From a virus: DNA of 64,000 bases. The stretch lies in IMG/VR virus record IMGVR_UViG_3300044568_003163, positions 14,879 through 78,878 of that record. One strand, written 5' to 3'. The notes beneath the pieces are model-generated. The model did not search any database. It was given only the letters and a program-made list of their open reading frames with translations, and had not been told where the DNA came from. The stretch's first letter is position 1. Every line of letters begins with the position of its first letter. The position numbers and the translations under genes were made by a program. Shown piece after piece: positions 58,757 through 64,000 of this stretch.

Positions 58757-59107
58757 TCATGATTGTGTAGATTTAATGTACACAATTATTCCAATGATTG
58801 AAAGAAAGCACAATGCTAATACTGTTATTGCAGGTAAATAATCTTCTTTCTCTCTCCAAATTTTGTAATTATATCGAGGTTCGTTCTGCTTCCACGAATG
58901 GTCTTCAGACTTCTCAGACTTAACATATTTTTTGTTTAGTTTTTTTAGGGATTTCCTAATTTCCTTTTTACATGGTTCAGCACCACAACAATAAAAAAAT
59001 GATATATCTGTTTCGCTTATCAGCTTAGTAGTAGCTTCTTCCTCGCAACAATAACAATAATTTGGTTTCATATTAATACTCTTTAATGAGTACGGTACCA
59101 TCTCCAT
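58757..59107 (-). CDS. Cys-rich protein with C-terminal TM helix
   Basis: 116 aa; CYCCEEE...FFYCCGAEPCKK; C-terminal ITVLALCFLSIIGIIVYI. Confidence 0.45.
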   Translation of the reverse strand: MEMVPYSLKSINMKPNYCYCCEEEATTKLISETDISFFYCCGAEPCKKEIRKSLKKLNKKYVKSEKSEDHSWKQNEPRYNYKIWREKEDYLPAITVLALCFLSIIGIIVYIKSTQS

Positions 59108-59939
59108 GCTCTAAACAGTCAACGCAAAAGATAGTGTCTTTTACTTCTGGCCATCTACCAGCAGTCGGTTCAGTATCGTATTCAGTTACTTTGTGATGGG
59201 GTGTATGTCCGATTACTTGGTCATAACCTTCTAATGCATCCCATCTTAATCTTCTCGGTCTAATCCAAACAGGACCTGCAAATTCTGAATATCCACCAGA
59301 ATCTCCATCTACGTTAAATAAAATATTTAAACGATATTGCCAAGCTTTATTGATAATCTCATCCGGCCTAAGATTCCAATCTCCTTCAAAATCTGCTTTG
59401 AATCGGAAACCGTCTCTTTTAACCGTTGCATGCAATTGGCGTAACCAACCATGAGTTACTCCAGCATGAGTCCATAAAGTTCGCTTTAACCTACCATCGA
59501 TTTCTCTTTCATGATAATATGCGAAAGTAAATTTGTCGATGTTTTTAGTAAACAACTCTTGAAAATCAAATTTCATTTCAGGTCGATAACCTGAACAGAT
59601 TTGATCGGCTACAATATATTGAATATCGTGATTTCCTAAAAGCAAGACTATTTTGTCTGGATATTCGGTTTTTAAATGTATGATTTCCTCTAGATTTAAT
59701 TTCATCTCTAGGTTTTGTACATCAAATGAATCTACGTAATCTCCAACGAAAACGATTTTATCCATTTCGTTAAAAATAGGATAGGTGTCTTCAAACGCTT
59801 CTTTTGCTCCGTTATCTACTTCCTGTCTCCAGCTATTATAGTCCGTTAGAGAGCCGAATAACACAGTCTTCCAGGTATTTCTTCCGTGGATATCTCCGAT
59901 AGACATGATTTTCATTGTAGTTTTCATTTTATGGTTCAT
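59073..59939 (-). CDS. calcineurin-like metallophosphoesterase
   Basis: 288 aa; IMSIGDIHGR, VFVGDYVD, LLLGNHD motifs. Confidence 0.65.
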   Translation of the reverse strand: MNHKMKTTMKIMSIGDIHGRNTWKTVLFGSLTDYNSWRQEVDNGAKEAFEDTYPIFNEMDKIVFVGDYVDSFDVQNLEMKLNLEEIIHLKTEYPDKIVLLLGNHDIQYIVADQICSGYRPEMKFDFQELFTKNIDKFTFAYYHEREIDGRLKRTLWTHAGVTHGWLRQLHATVKRDGFRFKADFEGDWNLRPDEIINKAWQYRLNILFNVDGDSGGYSEFAGPVWIRPRRLRWDALEGYDQVIGHTPHHKVTEYDTEPTAGRWPEVKDTIFCVDCLEHGDGTVLIKEY

Positions 59940-60012
59940 CTTATTTAGTAAACATCGTTCAAGAGATGAACTCTCGTAGATGCCATTTGTACTATGTTAT
60001 ATGCACCAAATA

Positions 60013-60627
60013 TTAATTAGTATCAAAAACTGATTTCAAATTTCTCTTCTTAATTATTTCCTTTAGTCGGTCCACATAAGTATGGTCTTCTGCGTAATTT
60101 TGTCTCAGATACTCAAAATACTCTCCTTCAGTTTTAATATCATAAAGGTAAGTAGAGTAATATAGAGCATAGTCTAATAAAGAGTCTTGCCAATTATCGT
60201 AATATGCATGATTGCGATGAGTTCCTTTAGCTAAGTTTGCTCGTTGTGCAGCTTCACGCATTCCAAACATATTATTATTTTCTTTAAAGATAACTGATTT
60301 GTAATGTCCAGTTTCTAAATATGTTTGTGCCAATACAATATGTGGATATTTAAAATTCAAAGTTTTGATTTTTGCAATCAAAGCAGTTTCCGTAAATTCG
60401 TTGTATTCTCTTATAACAATTAACTTTTCTTCTTGTGATAGGTTTTTTACTTCTACCCTTGGTGCAGTTGCAAATCCTATCGTAAACATTATTGCTATAA
60501 TTGCTAGCAAATACTTAACATATTTTAAAATGGATATTTTCTCGAAATCTAAGGTTTCTTTGTTAAATCTATACATAATTTTTATTTTCGTTAATACTCT
60601 TTTCGAAGTGCTTGGATTACGTCCCAA
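60013..60627 (-). CDS. peptidoglycan hydrolase, glucosaminidase (FlgJ-like) domain with N-terminal membrane anchor (endolysin candidate)
   Basis: 204 aa; TM LLAIIAIMFTIGFA; LAQTYLETGHYKSVIFKENNNMFGM matches glucosaminidase domain core; overlaps next gene by 37 nt so start may be internal. Confidence 0.55.
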   Translation of the reverse strand: MGRNPSTSKRVLTKIKIMYRFNKETLDFEKISILKYVKYLLAIIAIMFTIGFATAPRVEVKNLSQEEKLIVIREYNEFTETALIAKIKTLNFKYPHIVLAQTYLETGHYKSVIFKENNNMFGMREAAQRANLAKGTHRNHAYYDNWQDSLLDYALYYSTYLYDIKTEGEYFEYLRQNYAEDHTYVDRLKEIIKKRNLKSVFDTN

Positions 60628-61193
60628 GCATCTTCTAATGCATCATGAGTTACTGCACCAGGAATTCCACCTCGTTCTTTGCATTCGTTCAATGATGGCA
60701 ATGCATAATCATTTGCCCAATCTACATAAAGAATAGATGGGTCTAAAATTCTGTTTCTAAACTTAATACATTTCTTAAATGCTGGTAATCTTTCTAGGAA
60801 CAATTTATCGAAGGTTCCAAAGTTTTTACCTGCTACGTTAATAGTCAATTGTTCACCATATTCACCGAAACCATTGTCTACTAAGAATTGATGAAGTAAA
60901 TTTACTGCTTCTGCAGGACTTCTGAATTCCATACCAGTTTTTTCAATCAACTCACATCTAACATCTTTCTTACTGATTAGGTATTTATTGATGTTTGCAA
61001 TTAAGTCTTTGTTCATGTTAATTGCAAAATGAGAACCTTCAATTCTTTCGTGTAGCAAAGCAACGTGGAATTTAGGAAGCTCCTGATATGGGAGCTTCGT
61101 TTTCGTATCTTCTATGATTGCACCAATAGAAAGAATTTGGTCGCGTTTAGAATCGATTCCTGTGGTTTCGATGTCGATTGAAACGTATTTCAT
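60591..61193 (-). CDS. DnaQ-like 3'-5' exonuclease (DEDDh)
   Basis: 200 aa; SIDIETTGID and HDALEDAWD motifs. Confidence 0.75.
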   Translation of the reverse strand: MKYVSIDIETTGIDSKRDQILSIGAIIEDTKTKLPYQELPKFHVALLHERIEGSHFAINMNKDLIANINKYLISKKDVRCELIEKTGMEFRSPAEAVNLLHQFLVDNGFGEYGEQLTINVAGKNFGTFDKLFLERLPAFKKCIKFRNRILDPSILYVDWANDYALPSLNECKERGGIPGAVTHDALEDAWDVIQALRKEY

Positions 61194-61468
61194 TATTTAC
61201 TTTCTTTAAGGATTACCTCACCGTTACCGGTTAAATTTAAAACTGATCCTTTATCTTGTTTAAAGGTGTAAGTTTCAGCAGAATCTTTTGCTGTCATTTT
61301 ACGAGTCAAATACCATAGGTCAGATTCACCTTTCCAAGTAACATTTACTAATTTTTCTCCAGCCGGTAAATCGACTGAATATGTTCCACCAAAAGATTTT
61401 GCTCTTTGATTGTCGGTACATGATACCATTACTAATGCCAATGCGGCTACTACAAATAATTTTTTCAT
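61193..61468 (-). CDS. lipoprotein (spanin/exclusion candidate)
   Basis: 91 aa; signal peptide + lipobox VMVSC. Confidence 0.5.
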   Translation of the reverse strand: MKKLFVVAALALVMVSCTDNQRAKSFGGTYSVDLPAGEKLVNVTWKGESDLWYLTRKMTAKDSAETYTFKQDKGSVLNLTGNGEVILKESK

Positions 61469-61483
61469 AATTTTAGATTTTAG

Positions 61484-61957
61484 TTATTCAACGATTTCGA
61501 TTGCTGGTTCGTAAGACTCATCGTCAAAAGTTTCCATAATAGGTTCAGTTGGAAATTCTTCCTCTTCAACTGCAGCTTTTTTACGAGAAGCTTTAAGAAC
61601 TGGCAAATACATTTTTAGCGGTTCGTAATCTTTTTCGATTGGTGTAGATTTACCGCCTAAATCTTTCCATTCTACGTATTTTCTATCTAACTTCATTTGT
61701 ACAAAATGAGCAGAACATTCCCAGTAGATAGTTTCACCATCTACCTGTTCGGTAACAATCATGTGTTCGTTAGCCGTCATTCCATGAATTTTGAAGGTTC
61801 GGTCATTATGAGTAAACTCAGTTCCTATGTCTTCGACACTTACTAAATATTTAGTAATTAGGTTTTGTGTGAACACATTTAGTTGTTTTTGGTAATGAGC
61901 CGCTAACACTGGTGTTACGTTAGCCTTTTGTCTCATTAATTCTCGTTCTTTAGCCAT
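61484..61957 (-). CDS. hypothetical protein
   Basis: 157-aa ORF. Confidence 0.5.
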   Translation of the reverse strand: MAKERELMRQKANVTPVLAAHYQKQLNVFTQNLITKYLVSVEDIGTEFTHNDRTFKIHGMTANEHMIVTEQVDGETIYWECSAHFVQMKLDRKYVEWKDLGGKSTPIEKDYEPLKMYLPVLKASRKKAAVEEEEFPTEPIMETFDDESYEPAIEIVE

Positions 61958-61986
61958 TTTTTGTTTTAGTTGTTTTTAGTTTATGA

Positions 61987-63186
61987 TTAGTCTTCAATTA
62001 CTTCTTCGATAAATTGTTCAACATCTGAGTCGAAGTCTTCCTCATCTGGTGTTTTGTCAGTGATACCGAAGATTTTGTTAAACTTAGCTTCTTCAGAAAG
62101 TAAGATTTCCTTTTCTTTCTGAAGACGTTTCTTAATATCATCGTCTCTATCTAGACGTTTTTGGTCGTATTCAACTTCGTTTACGTTATCTAAAGAGAAG
62201 TAAATCTTTTCATGTTTAAATCCTCGACGGTTTTTAGTTACTTTTGCGTATCTATCACCAGAGAATTCAGATGAATATCGAAGTTCAATCATTCCGGTAG
62301 TATTGTGTTTTAATTTATTGGATCCTACGAAATTACCACCTTTGGTAACTTGTTGAATCGCTAAAAATGAAGTGTATTTGTTTTCGGCATTTTTACCTTT
62401 ATTGTTTTGGACCATTATATCAATCATCCATTTTTCAGCTTGAGTACGATTCATTCCTGAAGAAGCTTGAATAGATTCTTGAACCTCGACGAAGGAGTCG
62501 ATAAGTATAATATCCCATCCTTGATTGTAGGTTGATTCTAATACTTCGGCAGCATTATCATCGAGATAATCACAAAGAAATAATGTAGGGATTTTACCGA
62601 AAGCTGGATATCGTTGAACATAACCAAACATATCGATATCGTTCATTTCGCCTGAGATAAATAAGACCTTTTTAGAAGGGTCGTTTTTCTTGATTTTTGC
62701 AAGGATATCAAGAGTTTGAGTAGATTTACCAATTCCTGGGTCACCTATAATCATGTAGTTTGTAGCAGGATAGATTCCACCTTCAGATGAAAACATATAG
62801 TCGATTGAATCGTTAGTTTTCATTGGAATAAAGATTGAAGGGTCGTAAGATAAATCAGCAACTTGTACTAAGTTAATTTTTACTGGAGTTTTAATCATAG
62901 GATTTACGGTAGAAGTCGAAGTTTTTCCTTTGAAAGGTACGATGAAATATTCATCTTTTTTATCTGAATTGGATTTTAAAACCCAGTGTTGATTTGAACG
63001 ATACATTCCTTGGAATGTAAAATCAGTGTTTTCGAATTGTTCGCCTATCGTGTATTGATTTGCGAATTTAGAAGCCTGAAAACGTTTTTGGCATTTAATA
63101 AGGATTGCGTTTGAAGTTTCGATTCTTTCCATAAATAGTGTAATTAGATTAATTTGATATACAAATATAACACATATATTTGACAA
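61987..63186 (-). CDS. RecA-superfamily ATPase (DnaB-C/RadA-like)
   Basis: Walker A MIIGDPGIGKST, Walker B DIILIDSF; first ~19 codons are low-complexity and lie in promoter cassette, start likely Met at ~63129. Confidence 0.55.
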   Translation of the reverse strand: MSNICVIFVYQINLITLFMERIETSNAILIKCQKRFQASKFANQYTIGEQFENTDFTFQGMYRSNQHWVLKSNSDKKDEYFIVPFKGKTSTSTVNPMIKTPVKINLVQVADLSYDPSIFIPMKTNDSIDYMFSSEGGIYPATNYMIIGDPGIGKSTQTLDILAKIKKNDPSKKVLFISGEMNDIDMFGYVQRYPAFGKIPTLFLCDYLDDNAAEVLESTYNQGWDIILIDSFVEVQESIQASSGMNRTQAEKWMIDIMVQNNKGKNAENKYTSFLAIQQVTKGGNFVGSNKLKHNTTGMIELRYSSEFSGDRYAKVTKNRRGFKHEKIYFSLDNVNEVEYDQKRLDRDDDIKKRLQKEKEILLSEEAKFNKIFGITDKTPDEEDFDSDVEQFIEEVIED

Positions 63187-63224
63187 TAAAAAATGTTTTG
63201 ACTAAAAGTTATTAACAATTTGAA
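63140..63224 (-). promoter_or_regulatory. intergenic cassette class A
   Basis: plus atatacaaatataacacatatatttgacaataaaaaatgttttgactaaaagttattaacaatt. Confidence 0.5.
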
Positions 63225-63440
63225 TTAATAAATTTTTGCAAAAACACTATCGTTGACAAATTCCGAATTTTGATTTATCTCTTCGATCTGTTCATCGGTC
63301 ATAGGCACTCCATCGTAATCAGCAGACACAATATAAGCGTCGCAGAAATCTGGATAATCTTTAAAGTCGATATTATCTACTACTACGTTACTGATTTTTT
63401 TGACGTCGATTTCTTCTTTAGGATTTTTTGAATTTTTCAT
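63225..63440 (-). CDS. hypothetical small acidic protein
   Basis: 71-aa ORF. Confidence 0.45.
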   Translation of the reverse strand: MKNSKNPKEEIDVKKISNVVVDNIDFKDYPDFCDAYIVSADYDGVPMTDEQIEEINQNSEFVNDSVFAKIY

Positions 63441-63530
63441 AATTGTATTGGTTTAAATTGATATACAAATATAAGCAAAAAACTCGACATATGGAAATGT
63501 CGAGTCATATAGTTATTAACAATAAAATGT
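63441..63530 (-). promoter_or_regulatory. intergenic cassette class A with CCATATG-containing hairpin
   Basis: minus: TTGTTAATAACTATATGACTCGACATTTCCATATGTCGAGTTTTTTGCTTATATTTGTATAT. Confidence 0.5.
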
Positions 63531-63547
63531 ATTCAGGCGCTTGTTAA

Positions 63548-63970
63548 TTATTTAATTGTTAAAGTTTTCGGTTTAGCTTCTTCAGCAATTGGAATATCGA
63601 TGGTCAGTAAACCATGTTCCATTTCTGCTTCTGCGAGGCTCAAGTTAAATTTAGACAAAGGTATTCGATAACCTAAGTCAAACGATTTACGGGAAATACC
63701 TTTATGGTAGTAGTTTCTCTTTGTACTCTCTTCAACGTCTTTGTTGTGAGAGATTTTAAGGACATCGCCTTCAATTGAGATGTTGATGTCTTCTTTAGTT
63801 AGACCTGTTCCGGCAACTGCAAAATGTAGGCCGGCTTCATCTTCGTATATGTCTACAGGATGACCAATTCGAGTATCAATCACTGGAGCGAAGAATGAAT
63901 CGTTGTTAAAGAAGTTTTTAAATAAGACGTCAAATGCGTCCATGTCTCTAGTTATTCTAGTGTGTGTCAT
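63548..63970 (-). CDS. small heat-shock protein (Hsp20/alpha-crystallin family)
   Basis: 140 aa; alpha-crystallin core HPVDIYEDEAGLHFAVAGTGLTKEDINISIEGDVLKISHNK ... RKSFDLGYRIP. Confidence 0.8.
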   Translation of the reverse strand: MTHTRITRDMDAFDVLFKNFFNNDSFFAPVIDTRIGHPVDIYEDEAGLHFAVAGTGLTKEDINISIEGDVLKISHNKDVEESTKRNYYHKGISRKSFDLGYRIPLSKFNLSLAEAEMEHGLLTIDIPIAEEAKPKTLTIK

Positions 63971-64000
63971 AGTTCTTAAATCTATTTTTTTTATTTTTGA

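Overview
This 64-kb window looks like a segment of a large, AT-rich virulent tailed phage. The host is inferred to be a Bacteroidetes (Flavobacteriia-like) bacterium, because a recurring intergenic cassette carries the Bacteroidetes -7 promoter motif TAnnTTTG on the transcribed strand. Nearly all genes lie on the minus strand; the one long plus-strand gene is a second collagen-like tail-fibre paralog. Features are listed in minus-strand transcription order, from high to low coordinates.

- **61-64 kb:** small heat-shock protein (Hsp20), RecA-like ATPase, DnaQ-like exonuclease, a lipoprotein and a membrane-anchored glucosaminidase, which may form a lysis module.
- **56.6-60 kb:** calcineurin-type phosphoesterase and an ATP-dependent RNA-ligase-like protein, a putative tRNA-repair module, next to an atypical 110-nt tRNA-like gene.
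- **48.7-56.4 kb:** a tRNA array of about 35 canonical tRNAs covering all 20 amino acids, plus several over-long tRNA-like genes with internal insertions. A GatB/YqeY-family protein is interleaved.
- **40.5-48.5 kb:** dihydrofolate reductase, a UV-damage endonuclease (UvdE)-like protein, an AAA+ ATPase, a second DnaQ-like exonuclease, a second calcineurin-like phosphoesterase, two paralogous HAD-like hydrolases, and small membrane proteins.
- **37.5-40.5 kb (+):** the second collagen-like tail fibre, with a beta-helix-like C-terminus.
- **35.75-36.13 kb:** a 375-nt tmRNA (ssrA), with a G3:U70 wobble, A73 discriminator and a T-arm. It is paired with a phage-encoded SmpB at 30.57-31.02 kb.
- **28.6-35.7 kb:** NAD-dependent DNA ligase, SPFH/band-7 protein, a flavodoxin-like protein, guanylate kinase, and small hypothetical proteins.
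- **16.6-28.6 kb:** a nucleotide-metabolism and putative DNA-hypermodification cluster. It contains nucleoside diphosphate kinase, dCMP deaminase, a HAD phosphatase, a dCMP-hydroxymethylase-like ThyA-superfamily enzyme, a T4 gp1-like dNMP kinase, an SDR sugar-nucleotide epimerase/dehydratase, a GT-A glycosyltransferase, a Nudix hydrolase and a 429-aa unknown. Interleaved with it is a 7-member paralogous family sharing an N-terminal signature 'MKNLxTFxEF(V/I)NE' that resembles T4 capsid-targeting sequences, together with a ferritin-like protein.
- **0-16.5 kb:** a baseplate and tail-fibre module: gp25-like wedge protein, OB-fold central spike, a collagen-like tail fibre with 57-bp internal tandem repeats, and a 4x S1-domain ribosomal-protein-S1 homolog embedded among them.

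The putative hypermodification cluster interleaved with the CTS-tagged protein family looks like a previously undescribed system; the tmRNA/SmpB pair is a second candidate.

All calls rest on by-eye motif recognition. No database search or RNA-folding program was run, and some protein sequences used for comparison were recalled from memory.
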